A DNA stretch of 64,000 nucleotides from Octopus vulgaris (GCA_951406725.2 OX597817.1:111538001-111602000), one strand, 5' to 3'. Shown: positions 37,761 through 51,549, numbered from the stretch's first letter. Translations and numbers: made by a program. Notes: a model not told the origin generated them from the sequence alone.

Positions 37761-40220
37761 CACTGGTTTGCATTTGGGAATTTTTTTAAATTTCTATTCA
37801 TGGATGTGATGTTACATATTCTTGGGTTACTGATTTTAAATATCTAAACGATTTTGCTCTGTCACATAAGGATGTTGAATAAATTACAATTAATAATAAT
37901 ATTAGTAGATGTGAATTTCTAATAAATTGTTACCTTAAAAGAAAGTAATCAAGGAAAAGCACATTTTAAGAATATATGTTTTCCAAATCAACATGAAATG
38001 AACCACGTTCACCGTAAAATGAATCAGAATTATCAACATCAAACATAATGAATGTAAGAAATATAGGGTAGCCTACATATTGATTCAAAGGAAGGAGGAC
38101 CGCTTTGATTTCCAATTGTGTTGTACATTAAGACCATCATGTTTCAATGACCATCAAATGATACCATTTGCCCTGGTATCGAGTTTCCATGGTGCAAATG
38201 TCTTGATGGAACCGCTCTCCTTGTTCCTCATTGTAGTCCCCACAATTCTTGGGAAAATAGTCAAGATGTGAGTGCAAAAAATGCATCTTCTCATTCATTC
38301 TAGACCCAAGTTGTTGGAAACTTAATATTAGGTCTTGGATAATTTTTTCACACTCTGGCTGTTTCCCAAGAAGTTTTGGGCAATCTTCTTGAAGGAAAAC
38401 CAGACATTCACTTCGACACCTGCTAATGCTTCCTCAAAATGCTTGTCCTGCATCAATTCCCGAATCTAATTGGAACAGGCCTTATTGCTGAAGGAATATT
38501 TGGGTATATTTTGCGATCTTTAGTCTTTTTGTTGAATCCAGCTACTTTAGTCATACAAAAGTAGCAGTCCCGCTATACCATTGGTACTCCAAAGGGCATA
38601 TATTTAAGTTTTCCAACTGATCACCTTTGAAGCTTACTGATGCAATTCTTGCAAGCTTTGTGAGGTGTAAATGGTTTGTCCTGGTCTCCCAGTTTGCAGC
38701 CAAAATAAGCTAAATAGCAGCGCTTCAACAAAGGAGTAATATTGCTCCGGGAATCTGAAGGGGTGAATTACCTGCAGACATAAAATATATCTGATGAATT
38801 GATGCAACCTCTAGACATATTCACAGAGTGAAAATAAAATATATTAGACGTACGATTTAAGTCAGTATAAGGTACGAGGGGCGTTCAATAAGTAATGCCC
38901 CTGACCCACTTCCCATAGCAGTAGAGCAACGAAACTTGGCACAGTTATTAGTCTTTTTCTACATAGGAACCACCCAGAGTTACGCATTTCTCCCATTGCT
39001 TGATGCAGCTCTGGAGACCGTTTTTGTAGAAGACCCCAGCTTGGTCCTCCAACCTGAACGTGACTTCAGAAATCAAGGCTGCATCATCTGAGAAACGCTT
39101 TCCTTTCAAAAACAACTTCATGACTGGGTGCAAGGTCAGGGAAGTAGGGGGGTGGGGGAGGAGTTCATAGCTATACGCCTGTGCTTCTGATCTGGCGACA
39201 AGCGAGTTGTGGACCGGAGCGTTGTCCTGCAGGTGGAGGATGCTTTTGCAGATCTTGCCCCGCCTCTTGATTTTGATAACTTCTCTTAATTTCCTGAAAA
39301 GTGAAGCATAATAGGCTCCTGCAATTGTGGTACCCTTTGCCAGGAAATCTGTCATCACTACTCCGTCCTGGTCCCAGAAGACTGTGAGCATGACCTTGCC
39401 AGCGGAGGGCTGCACCCTTGCCTTCTTTGGAGGGGGTGAGTCACGGTGCTTCCACTACATTGACTGGGCTTTGGTCTCTGGATCATCGTGATGGACCCAG
39501 GTTTCATCCTGTGTAATCAGTCTTTTGATAAATTTTGACTCATCTTCTTGGCACATCTCCAAATTCACCCTCGAGCACTCGACGCGTTCTTGCTTCTGGA
39601 AAGGCGTGAGCAACCTGGAAATCCATCTGGCAGACACCTTTTGCATATGCAAATGGTCATGAATGATAGTTTCCACAGACCCGGTACTAATCTTGACCTC
39701 ATGGGCTATTTGGCGAATAATTATGCGTCGATCTTCCAAAATGGCAGCCTCAACTTGACGGACAGATGCCTCATCAATGGCAGAAGGGGTGACCAGATCT
39801 GGGAGCTGTTTCCACAGAGTTCCGACCATATTTGAATTCACGATGCCAGCGTTTTACAAGGTCATATGATGGGGCATCATCACCATAAGTTACTTTCATT
39901 TCATCAAAAGTCTCCCGTGGTGTGCGTCCTTTCAAATACAAAAACCGGATCACTGCTCGACACTCAACAGGCTCCATTTCACACTTGACTCGGTTCAAAC
40001 ACCTGTAAATCAGAAACCACAATTAATTCAGAGCTGTAATTTGCCACTTACTCTATAGAGATATAAATGATTGCACATGCAAAATTTCAGCTAGATCAAA
40101 CAACTGCAAGTGGGTCAGAGGCATTACTTATTGAACGTCCCTCGTAATTTATCATTTACTGGTTAAACAAAAAGTGAAAATAACGTTTCCGTATAACTTG
40201 ACAACCTGATGTGATAGAGA
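37761..40220 (-). mobile_element. Chapaev3-like (CMC) DNA transposon, internally deleted and interrupted by a mariner
   Basis: ATG at 38818: MSRGCINSSDIFYVC..YLAYFGCKLGDQDKPFTPH..CYFCM; C-terminal KMHFLHSHLDYFPKNCGDYNEEQGERFHQDI..METRYQGKW; CACTG terminus at 37761. The family name is from motif recall. Confidence 0.7.
38875..40144 (-). mobile_element. Full-length mariner (1270 bp) with frameshifted transposase
   Basis: TIRs CGAGGGGCGTTCAATAAGTAATGCC / GGCATTACTTATTGAACGTCCCTCG; TA TSD; ITQDETWVH, LQDNAPVH and LPHPP motifs. Confidence 0.95.
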
Positions 40221-40391
40221 TGAATAAACAAACACAAAGACTCATTATATTTCATATATATTCAGGAAAAGATACCATACAGCCAATAAAAAAAATCATG
40301 CAGACCAGTGTTATGAAAGCAACATTGAAGGATTTGAAATCATTTATGAAAATTACCTTTTTAGAGATATCTTTAAATTGTATTGTTAGAT

Positions 40392-40531
40392 TTATATTCG
40401 TTCATCACTCGTTTATTAATGTTCTTATTTTATCTTATGTCCATTGCCCGAAATTCTTTCGTCAGGCATCTGTGACTTCTTCAGCGACCCTTTCCGTTCA
40501 CGTGTATCCTCCTGCTCCGCTTAGTCAATTC
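40392..40531 (-). repeat. Second copy of the hammerhead-like repeat (core 40447-40488)
   Basis: Minus strand GTCG-CTGAAGA-AGTCA..TGAC-GAAAG-AATTT-CGGGC. Confidence 0.6.
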
Positions 40532-41714
40532 TAAGTGAAGTAAGAGCGTGAGTTTATTTGGCAAAAAAAAAAATGACCATCCCGAAGTATAACAGTATCT
40601 GTTTCAACACGTTTTCAAATCAGGAACCTTGCAACACAAATTCATAAACGTAACTTTAGATTCTAATTATCACGATTTTACAACATTTATTTTAAACTAA
40701 ACAGAAAGATTCTTTACTTTGGGCAACATTGAAGTATAATAATACGTTGTTTCTTTCTCCTTTCTAATTAGTTATAATTAGATGACCAAGGGAAAATATC
40801 TCAAGAGAACGTCCCGCGTACAAATATAATAGGACCTCCCGTGCGCAATATAATGAGTTGAAAATTTTCGATCAGCTGAGATGATCTATGCAATTAAAAG
40901 ACAAAATTCCCTCCAGAGGTTTTGAAACCATCTCGAAGTATTCCACTCACTAGAGATTACTGTTTTAAGTATTCCATAATTTTCGAGTAATAGGATTCAA
41001 TTGCAACCCTGTAAACAATAAACTATTTTCCAGTCATTTTTGTGTTTTGTTTTCATTACATACTTTAGTTTATGCATCTTACTTTCGACGTAGTTTAGAG
41101 CTGAGATCTTATGAAACCTTGAGACCTTCTACTTGAGGGGGAAAAGGGGTGATTTATACTATTATGCATTATTACTGCCGTAAGACATCAAATTAGCTGA
41201 AAAATTCCATGTAATGTTATTGTTTACAATGCTGCGATTAAATCTTATCATACGAGAATCGTAGAATAGCTTTTTCGTCTATATGTTGTTTTATTTGCCA
41301 AGTGTTTTCTTCTCTCCACTGACTTTTAAAAACTATATTACAACTGAAAGAAGATTGAACTGTCTTACACATAAGCTATTTCAATTACGTTACTGGTTTA
41401 TAGCAGTAAAACTTAATTGCTTTCCATGCTTTCAGTGGATTGGCACGATCGTCAGAGCGCCGGATAAATATCATACAGTATTTAATTACTCACTTTGCCG
41501 TTCTAGGTCAAGACCCTTCGACGATCATCGTGTTTGCTACTCATTCTTTTGAGGGAGATAAAATATAGTCCCGATGAAATTCTAAGGACAATATAAAGTT
41601 CTAGAACTTCTAGAACTTTGATGGCTTGTACAATTATCATAAATCAATATGACATCACTTAATTTCTAAGCGACTTTTCTTCGCCAAGATTGCTTTAATT
41701 TTAAATCGACGTAC

Positions 41715-41920
41715 GGCGGCAAGCTGGTTGAATCGTTACCGCATCAGACAAAACATATAATGGCACTTCTTACGTACTGAGTTCAAATTCCACTGAGGTC
41801 GACTTTGCCTTTCATCCTTTAGAGGGCCAATAAAATAAGCATCAATCGAGCACTAGGATCGATAAAATAGACTAAACTCCTCCCCCAAAATGTCAGACCT
41901 TGTGCCTATAGTAAAGAGAC
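41715..41920 (+). mobile_element. SINE family B, diverged
   Basis: GGCGGCAAGCTGG..GAGTTCAAATTCC..GGTCGACTTTGCCTTTCATCC. Confidence 0.8.
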
Positions 41921-42474
41921 TTATAAATCGGTGTTTATTTTTTGTTTTGTTTTGTGTTTTTTGTTTTTTCAGTTAATCGATTATTTGCAATAAATTATTT
42001 ACTTTAAATCTCTTTCTCGCATCTCTAAACAATGGCTTTGTAACAAATAAATTTGTTCTTCTCTGCAACGTGTCAGAGAAAAATAAAGCATAACGGTAAA
42101 TTTCAAGTGAGATTCAGGCTATTAATATCATTCTTCTAATTTTATAGAATTGCAAGATGAAGATCAGTGGCAACACAAATCTTTTCAATGATGGATTTTT
42201 TTTTTATCTAGTTTTCTCTCTCTACAATTAGTAGTTTTCGAAATTCTAAAACTCTTTTAATAAACTAATTCTTTGCATTCTTCCCTTCTATTCTATATTT
42301 GCGTGTTGAGTTTTGAATAACTATGAAGCAGCACATGGCAACAGTCCACTCACTGCCCTTCAATCTCCATTTATTGTAATAACTTGAGTGCTCGCTACTC
42401 CAAAGCACACAGGCGCACACAAAACGTGAAAATTAGACATCAAATTAAATTTTCCTAAAACTCTTTATGATTTT

Positions 42475-42534
<60 letters not shown>

Positions 42535-42739
42535 GGACAAATGTAAAATTCCTTCGAGGCAGTTTGTGGAATGGTCTCTAATTGAAAGAAATACTTGAAC
42601 TATTCTCCTTTTTTTTTAAATAAAAATTTATTAAACCCTACATTTCAAATATCAAAAATGCGTTTAACATAAACGCGTAATTTATAAAGTATAGCTAGAG
42701 ATCTGCAAATCTTTCAATCAGAAAATGTATTTGCATTAA

Positions 42740-45240
42740 TGAAGGTATACCTTATCACTCGTTGTGACCTCCGCAGAAATAGAGCACTGCTTGCATTCTC
42801 TCCGCTTCTTTTGTTGTCTGACAAATCGACGATCCTGTGGACAACCAAGTCATGACGGCGGCATTCCATCCACAGACACGTTGTTTCGAGAATTAACTGC
42901 CGTTATTATTCCTCTTCCCCACCGAGGCTCGACTCACACTGCATTCCCTACCTGCACAAAGGCAGGCTCTCTCTCTCTCTCTCACTTCCACAAGTTGCTG
43001 TGATACCGTACACAGATGTCGCCATTTAAATTTGAATATCGCTGTGTGGCACTGACTCCTCAGTATGTCCTGACCAGGGTGACATATTATACCATAATAC
43101 TGCCTCAGTTGGTGAAATATGTCCCCTCTCCGTATGGGTTTGGTCGAGCGATGGTATCTCTCCATGATCACATTTCCATTCGGCTTGTACGCCGCTCTGA
43201 AAAGCCGTTCACTTTTCACTTATCGAGCATTTCCTTCAGCGCCTCCGAGCGAAGTGCTGTGCAGTTGTCCATCAGCAATTCATTCACAGCCTTCCCCCAC
43301 ACACACACACATTTTCCAGGAATATCCTGTTCAGTCTTCGTCCAACTTCATCTTCAATCCCCATTTTGATTTCCTTACATATCACTATACGTCCTGGTCC
43401 GCAGTTGACCATCGAGAGATACGTCCCCTACCGGTAGTGCATCATATCTACTGCCAATGATTTCCAGTTGTGTTCAAGTGAGAAGTTTCCCGCCTCGTTT
43501 ACGCCCGAAGCAGAGTCGATGGATTGACACCTGCCACCACTCACGACCACTTTCTGAATGCTCTATCTAGCAACGTCGGAGTCAAATTTCTTAGCTAGCT
43601 ACAGAGTCCTACCCACTCTCACATAATGCATGGTATACAGCTTCTTAGCTTTGAGTCGCTTAGCTGTCACACTGCAACTATCCCTCGCTCCAAATCAACT
43701 GGTACTTGCCAACCAGGCTCTCTTCACCCCGGTTAAGACGTCCGCCTTGTTCTTTTTCGATGGCAAAAACCGCGCTCAATTTCAGACCGAATTCGGCAGC
43801 CATCTCTCCCAGAATCCTTAGGCGGCACTTTATTAACATCTCTGCCGCTCCTTTCATTCGTACTCTCCTCTCATCGGTGATCATTGATCCAACCCACCCA
43901 AGCACAATGTCCAAATCGGTTCGGATCTCGATTGTACGCAGCCCCATCTCAGCGCCAGATTCACTGCGTCCAATTCAGCCACGTTGATGTGATTGCAATC
44001 ATCCGTTTTCCTTGTCCATGCTGCGTCCTCCACCTCGACGTCCCCTATAACTAGAACGATACTTATCGCTATGCTACTAGCATCGCATTATATGGCCCAG
44101 TTCACCAATTTGAGCACATACCAGCTTCTGGGTGTTCTGCTCTTACCCTCTCTAGGATCTCCTGCATCATAGCCACCATCCTCTCTTCTACTTTGTCCCT
44201 CCAGCTCGCCCCGTCGGCTCCTCTCTTAACGTAGCTACATGCTGCTCGGAGAGCCTACCCGCGATTGGATAGTGACCCACAGATCTCCCACACATCGAGA
44301 ACAGTTCTCGTCTGTTCACGCTGGTGCCCAGTTCCGAAATCTCGTTTCCTCTCGAGTCGATGATTTTGGAAGCTCTCGTCATCTGTCTCTATTCTCGCAA
44401 TGTTTCCCTGTAGACATCGGCAACCTCGCCGCCCGTGTAGCACTATACGTAATCGTTCAGCTCTCGAAATTCCAGTACCGGCCTGATTTTGTTTTACGTT
44501 GGCTGCACTCCTGCCATTAGCGGCAGTACGCTGCTCTTTACTTCTTCCTTCCAAGGGATTAAAATACTCACCTTGATCCATCTCTCCACATCTAATACGC
44601 TCCCTGAATCCCAGAGTATACTGATAACGATTTACCCTATTCTCTAACGTCGGGGCTCTCCTTTCTAACGCCACTCAACTGTCCACCAATGACCCTCGAA
44701 CGCAGCCTGAAAATCCCTGCCAACATATTTCTTTTCACGGATATCCCAACTATTCTGTTGCAAACTCAACGCGCATGGCGCCCCAGCACCGTTAAAAATA
44801 ACTCCGTCTTCACTAACTGTGTCACCTCCTAGGCGCCTATCGTATCCAAGCCCATCATCACATCACTTCCATTTACCACATGGTCAGTCACAATTGCTGG
44901 GAGCCTTATTTTTGTTCCCTGCATCACCATCTCCACTTCACTGCTACCTCTGCATCTAATCTCACTACCATGAACTCCCCTTACAATACTCATCCTGTTC
45001 CACTTTTTAGCCACTGTCGGAGTAATTAAGGTCGTTGTATAGCCCGTGTCTACTAGGTCTTTAACAGCTTCCCCACAACTAGGCAACGACTGTACGAGTG
45101 TCTTTACTTGCTGACAGGGGTAGCTATCAAGGAAGTAACTCTCTTGGTCGTTTTACTGTTTGAAATTGCTAGCGATATGTCCTACTTGCTTGCACTGGTA
45201 GCAAATTGGTTCGAGCTTCGGCTCCCTGAAACCCCTCACT
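42740..45240 (-). mobile_element. Gypsy-like LTR retrotransposon internal remnant
   Basis: Gag knuckle CYQCKQVGHIA; protease LVDTG..MGLDTI; RT N-terminus LPLMA..KIRPVLEFRELN; RNase H DAS..HINVAELDA..RTD; integrase AYKPNGNVIMERYHR; no LTR identified. Confidence 0.75.
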
Positions 45241-45290
45241 ATGTGCCAAAATTTGAAACTATCATTATTTTTATTATCATTATCATCATT

Positions 45291-45380
<90 letters not shown>

Positions 45381-46235
45381 TGAGCTGGCAAAATCATTAG
45401 CACGATGGACGAAACGCCTAGCGGTATTTCGTCTGCTGCTATATTCTGAGTTCAAATTCCGCCGAGGTCGACTTTGCCTTTCATCCTTTCGGGGTCGATA
45501 AATTAAGTACCAGTTACGCACTGGGGTCGATATGATCGACTTAATCCGTTTGTCTGTCCTTGTTTGTCCTCTCTGTGTTTAGCCACTTGTGGGTAGTAAA
45601 GAAATAGAAATAGGTATTACGTCTGCCGCTATGCTCTAAGTTCAAATTCCACCGAAGCCGACTTTGCCTTTCATCCTTTCGGATCGATGAAATAAGTACC
45701 TGTTGCATACCGGGGTCGAAGTAATCGACTATCCCCTCCCCCACCCCAAATTTTCAAGGCCTTGTGCCTGGAGTAGAAAAAAAAATTATTGTTAATTAAG
45801 GTGCCGAGCTAGCAGAATCGTTAGCACGCCGGAGAAAATACTGGGCGGTATTTCGTCTACCGCTACGTTCTAAGTTCAAATTCCGTCGCGGTCGACTTTG
45901 CTTTTCATCCTTTCGGAGTCGATGAATTGCATACCGGGCTCGAACTGATCGACTGGCCCCTCCCACAAAGTTTCAGGCCTTGTGCTTATAGTAGAAAGGA
46001 TTATCATTATTAATACTTAAGGTGGCGAGCTGGCAGAATCGTTAGCACTCCGGGCGAAATGCTTAGCGGCATTTCGTCCGTCTTTATGTTCTGAGTTCAA
46101 ACTCCGCCGAGGCTGACTTTGTCTTTTATCCCTTTCGGGGTCGATAAAATAAGCACCAGTTGAGTGCTGGTGTCAATATAATTGACTTACTCACTCCTCC
46201 GAAGTTCTGGCCTTGTGTCAAAATTTGAAATCATT
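45381..46235 (+). mobile_element. Tandem cluster of SINE family B (about 4 units)
   Basis: Repeated GTTCAAATTCC..GACTTTG..CATCCTTTCGG units separated by TTA-rich spacers, after a (CAT)n(TAA)n tract. Confidence 0.9.
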
Positions 46236-47077
46236 ATTATTTTTACGGAAGCCTTACAGGTAACTATTATGCCTAACGATAATCTAGAAAACCAGTCAGC
46301 AGCCACCTTTTATTTATTTATTGCTTCTAATAAATTCTAAAAAGGAATAGTTTCATAATAGCTGCTTTGAATTATCTTTAAATGAACTGGTTTGAGTGTA
46401 AATATAAACTAAGAGACAAATAAGTATGAACGAAAGCTTCAGACTGAATGCATATGCCGGGATAACATACAAAAGAATTTTAATATCAGAAGCAATAACC
46501 TATACAGATACTATTAATTTTTTAGCAGGTGTTCAGAATTTCTAATCGTTATCGTCAATGAACTCACTCTCAGCACATAGCCGCTTAATACAATATATAG
46601 TAAAGAAATATGAATATTCTTATAGTCTTTCAATATACGACCATTTTATAAGACAGTATTTTTTTGTTGTTTTTTCTTCTTTCTTTTTCAACTTACTTTT
46701 ATGGCAAAACCACAATGGCTTAGGTTAGTCTTTCACAAAAGAAATTCTTATATTTTCAGACAGTGTTAGTTCTTCAGACTGATACAAAAAATTGGGGATG
46801 GGAGAAAAGAAAACTCGGTACTACTTTGGTACACTATCTACGTGTCATGAAATTGCTTTGATATGCGATCTAGATTTTATATTGGGATCTACAACAAGAA
46901 AAGTTATACTTATCAAGAACAAGGAAAACACCTGTATCGGTTTCGAATGTCTTTTTAATAATAAATGTATTAGATAAATTTTAATAATAAATGTATAAAC
47001 GGGAAAATTAGTAAACTTGTTTTAAATTTGCTTCATTCTATTTTCTTTTTAATAATAACAACTGTATAAAATGTATG

Positions 47078-47330
47078 TGGAGGCGCAATGGCCCAGTGGT
47101 TAGGGCAGCGGTCGGAGGATCGCGGTTTCGATTCCCAGACCGGGCGTTGTGTGAGTATATTGAGCGAAAACACCTAAAAGAGCTCCACGAGGCTCCGGCA
47201 GATGGTGGTAGCGACCCCCAGCTGTATTCTTTCGCCACAACTTTCTCTCACTCTTGTTTCTTGAGTAACGCTGCGATGGACTGACGTCCCGTCCAGCTGG
47301 GGGGAACACATACGCCACAGAAACCGGGCC
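47078..47330 (+). mobile_element. SINE family C (tRNA-derived head)
   Basis: GGAGGCGCAATGGCCCAGTGGTTAGGGCAGCG..GGTTTCGATTCCC (box A and box B); second copy at 57009-57315. Confidence 0.85.
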
Positions 47331-47745
47331 TGAAAAGGGCGACGTTTATCGTTATCGTATAAAAATTTTAATTATTTATTTTTTACTCTTCTAGCATTAG
47401 TAAACTCGTTTCAAAATGTCTCATTTTAATTTTTGAAACAAATGTATAAACATGTAAGAATGTTTTATTTAAGCCATAATAAATAAATGAAACATGTAGA
47501 TCGCGTACTAAAGTAGAATTTGACTCTTGTATATCACGTTGGTTACGTAGATCGCATACCAAAGTAGCACCGAAAATTCACTCTTTAGTGGGTTTTCCTT
47601 TTTTAATGTTGATTTTTTTTTTTGTACCAATAGCATGTGTCTGTAATTACATGTAATTTGTGGTTGAAAACGTCCATTTTGCATTAGCTTTCGTTAACTC
47701 CTTCATTGCTTTTATTGATGTCAGAATATTTTACTTTCCAAAATA

Positions 47746-48971
47746 CCGGGTTGGCAAGAAAGTAATTTCGGTTTTTTAGTGTGAAATAAAAGTCAATTTT
47801 TTTTTCATACAATGAATGAACTTTAATCAATTATATATTTTCCATTTTGTTCGATGACTTCTTGCCATCTTTCTGGCAACTTCGTGATTCCGTGCTCACA
47901 AAATTTGTGGTCCTTATAAGCCTAAAACTGAAGCAAGTACGATTTCAAGTCATCATCATTATTGACGGTTTTACCATTCAAAGAATTTTGCAAACTTCGA
48001 AATAAATGGTAATTTGATGATGCAAGGGCAGGGCTATATGGTGGATGTGACATCACTTCCCAACCAAGCTCCAATAATTTTTCACTAGTTAGCAAAGACG
48101 TCTGTGGTCTAGCGTTGTCATGGTGGAATACGATTCCTTTACGATTTGCCAATTCTGGCTGTTTTTCTTTGATTACTTCCTTCAGTTTCATTAGCAGTTG
48201 ACAGTAAACATCTGAATTGATAATTTGGTTTCTTAGAATCAGTTCAAAATACGCAACACCTTTGTAATCCCACCAAATTGACAGCATGACCTTTTTTTGA
48301 TGCAATTCAGCTTTCGATGTGGTTTGTGCTGGTTCATTAAGCTTGGACCATGATCGTTTTCGATTGATGTTATAGACAATCCATTTTCCATCGCCAGTGA
48401 TGATTCGTTTCAAGAAAAGGTTAATTTCATTGCATTTGAGAAGCATATCGCAAATATTGATTCGTTGTGTTAAGTGAATCTCTTTCAATTTATGTGGAAC
48501 CGAAATATCGAGCTTCTTAACGAGTCCAAGAAATTTTAAGTGATTTTCAATTGTTGTGTGTGATGAATTTAACCTCCCTGCAATCTCTCGCACAATTATA
48601 TGACAATCAGATTTGATTATGGCTTTGTATTCCAGAACGGAATTTTTTAAACCATTTCTGACATGTGTGTTCTAAGCAATCAACGCCATAAACTTCACAT
48701 ATCTCATTGTGAGCTTCAGCAGCTTTCTAGCCTTTACGGAAATAAAAAAGCAATATATGGTGAAAATATTCGTTTTTGTGCTCCATGTTAAAATTGACAC
48801 TAAACTAACAGCTATAAACAAAATTACGCGCGATTTGCTTCTAAAGTAAGCTAACAGATAATGGTTATCAAATGTCAAAAGGAAAAAAATCATAACATAG
48901 ATAAAAGTCATTCAAAAAAATCGTAACTCTATCTATTAGCGAAAAACGAAATTACTGTCTTGCTAACCCAA
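47746..48971 (-). mobile_element. Mariner with both TIRs and degraded transposase
   Basis: TIRs CCGGGTTGGCAAGAAAGTAATTTCG / CGAAATTACTGTCTTGCTAACCCAA; TA flanks; ORF 47922-48593 with IITGDGKWIVY, HHDNARP and HPPYSPALA. Confidence 0.9.
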
Positions 48972-49902
48972 TATATTTCACTATTGGATCTTGTCGGCTT
49001 CTTTTGCAATGAAACATGAGTAATAAAAAAATTGTAGCGGGCGAGCTTAATGCTTATTTTGACAACTAAAAAACATATCTTGAAAATGTTTCAGAAATTA
49101 TTCCTTGCGATAAAAACAAGTAACAAACCAATAGACTCGATCTGGTCTATCGTGGAGGACTTGAGTTTAAATTAATCAAATTATGTGCTATACTCCAAGC
49201 TTAATTACTTGTGACGTCAGTGTCTTCCACTGGCAGCTGAATTACAACATTTTTATAACACTACTAAGTCAATGGTACATTTTGCATACTTTTAATGTCA
49301 AAAATTGTTACACAGCACGTAGAAATTCCCAGAACAAATATGCAATTTAACATTAAGCAACACAGACATTTTACAAAGCTAGAATATCTTTTTCTGCTGT
49401 TCAAGTATCACGACTGTCAGTTAAGTCCAAGTCTCTAAATAAAGAACATACTTAAAAAATAACAAAGGTATCGATTAGTCTACATTCGGATTATGACTTT
49501 CTGTGACACTTTTATTGTTACAACACCCACTGCTGGTTTTTTCTAATTAGTTAGTACCATGAACAATCCGTCAATTAGCAAAGTCTCTTGGTATAGTCAT
49601 GTTGACTGATTTCTGTGTTGGTAGCCAATTGAATTTACACCAATACCTTCAGACATAAAAATGTAAATTTGCTAAGAACCACAACAATAAAGACATGGTC
49701 TTTGGGGAGAAAGCCCATTTTACAAATTACTATGAAATTGAGCATTTGCATTCTGGACCTGAAGAGATTAATGGAAAGTAAATCTAATAAGAATTTATTT
49801 AATTGTTTTAAAGTGAAAGCAAAGTGGTTATGGTGGTACAGACAACGACACTATACAAGATTTGAAAAATCCCAAATATTTTCTAGTATTAAAAATATAT
49901 GT

Positions 49903-50047
49903 GTAGCCAAGTGATTTAGAAAGTCGCTTCGCAACCACATGTTCCCGGGCTCGAACACACTGCACGGTATTTTATGATGTGTTTTCTACTGTAGTCTCTT
50001 CATTGACCACTGCCTTGTGAGCGGAATTCGGTTGGCAGAAACTCGTG
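49903..50047 (+). mobile_element. SINE family A, diverged 5' fragment
   Basis: CAACCACATG..CACTGC..GCCTTGTGAG..GAAACT. Confidence 0.6.
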
Positions 50048-50120
50048 TATGTGTATGCTTGAAACGAATATTGTGCCAAACAATGTGACCAAGTGATTCG
50101 ATTTATATATATATATATAT

Positions 50121-50275
50121 AAATCTAGCAAAAACTGTCTGATGAACGGCAACGAGAAACTCAGAGTAACAGATTTTGTTGAATTTTCTGCTGCTTAAAA
50201 TAAAGCATATTACTCTACCACTGGTATTTGAGTACTCTTTTTTCCACCTTGTTTCACATTTATGTGTTTACTCCG

Positions 50276-50278
<3 letters not shown>
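50121..50278 (+). mobile_element. About 160-bp ORF-less hammerhead-carrying element inserted in (TA)n
   Basis: CAAAAACTGT-CTGATGA-ACGGCAACGA-GAAAC-TCAGA-GTA-ACAGATTTTG (50129-50178); (TA)n on both sides. Confidence 0.75.
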
Positions 50279-50333
<55 letters not shown>

Positions 50334-50807
50334 ATTACTGGTCGTAATAAGAATAGGGTGATTTGAAGACAGTACCCAAATGTGATCGCAGTTACAGAAA
50401 AAAAATCCATACTGACTTCGAAGGCGCTTGGAAATCAATTGCCATCCTTCAGCCTGCGCCTCAAATTACAAGGGCAGTCAAAATCAGCAAATATCATTGA
50501 AAAAATTCTTATTCTTCCCACTTTCAACTATACTGTTATAATTGCACACTCTATTGAGTTAAACTTGTTTTTATATTACAAAAAGACGACCATAGCAATT
50601 GTAGCTAAAGAATTACAGAGCCCTCTATATTTTAAAACACTGAAAATTTTCCAAATTCTAAAATATAACAAATTTTTTCATGTAGAGAGTTGAAAATAAT
50701 AAACTAGGGAACTAAAATACTTATTGTATTTCGTATGATGAAATATTGTAATCGTCTATTTATGCTTTGAGAAGAAAAGAACTAGTAAATTTCTTTTGCT
50801 TATTATG

Positions 50808-51349
50808 CTTTTCTACTCTAGGTACAAGGCCCGAAATTTTGGGGGAGGGAGCCAGTCGATTAGATCAACCCCAGTACGCAACTGGTACATAATTTATCGA
50901 CCCCGAAGGGATGAAAGTCGACCTCGGCGGGATTCGAACTCAGAACGTAAAAACAGACGAAATACTTATTTCTTTATTACCCACAAGGGGCTAAACATAG
51001 AGGAGACAAACAAGGACAGACAAACGGATTAAGTCGATTACATCGACCCTAGTACTTAACTGGTACATAATTTATCGACCCCGAAAGGATGAAAGGCAAA
51101 GTCGACCTCGGCGGAATTTGAACTCAGAATGTAACGGGAGATGAAATACCTGTTTCTTTACTACCCACTAGGGGCTAAACACAGAGAGGACAAACAGGGA
51201 CAGACAAACGGATTAAGTCGATTATATCGACCCTAGTGCGTAACTGTTACTTATTTAATCGACCCCGAAAGGATGAAAGGCAAAGTCGAACTCGGCGGAA
51301 TTTAAACTCAGAACGTAACGGGAGACGAAATACCGCTAAGCATTTCGCT
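50808..51349 (-). mobile_element. Tandem SINE family B cluster (3 units)
   Basis: Reverse complement of the 45381 cluster, with about 190-bp internal repeats. Confidence 0.9.
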
Positions 51350-51549
51350 TATTATGTATATATAGCTGATAAAAGGAGTTTAAAAACACTACTGTAATTA
51401 GTGTTGGTGTTATAATACGAATAATGAAGAGTATATTTTGTTTAGAAAGTTAGACTCAATAGTAAATTTATAACTAGTATGTAGAATACAACGAGGTTTT
51501 GTAAGGTGTACATATCTACCGCCAAACTTGTTATATAAGTAACATGGTT

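Noticed and set aside
41597-41620. Second heat-shock element (TTCTAGAACTTCTAGAAC)
   Set aside because: A 9-bp duplication that breaks the pentamer phase; no TATA context
47078-47150. tRNA gene
   Set aside because: It is a SINE head with a deletion relative to the second copy and continues into a SINE body
50405-50456. Hammerhead-like CTGAAGG..GAAGTC on the minus strand
   Set aside because: Core nucleotides missing and no helix I
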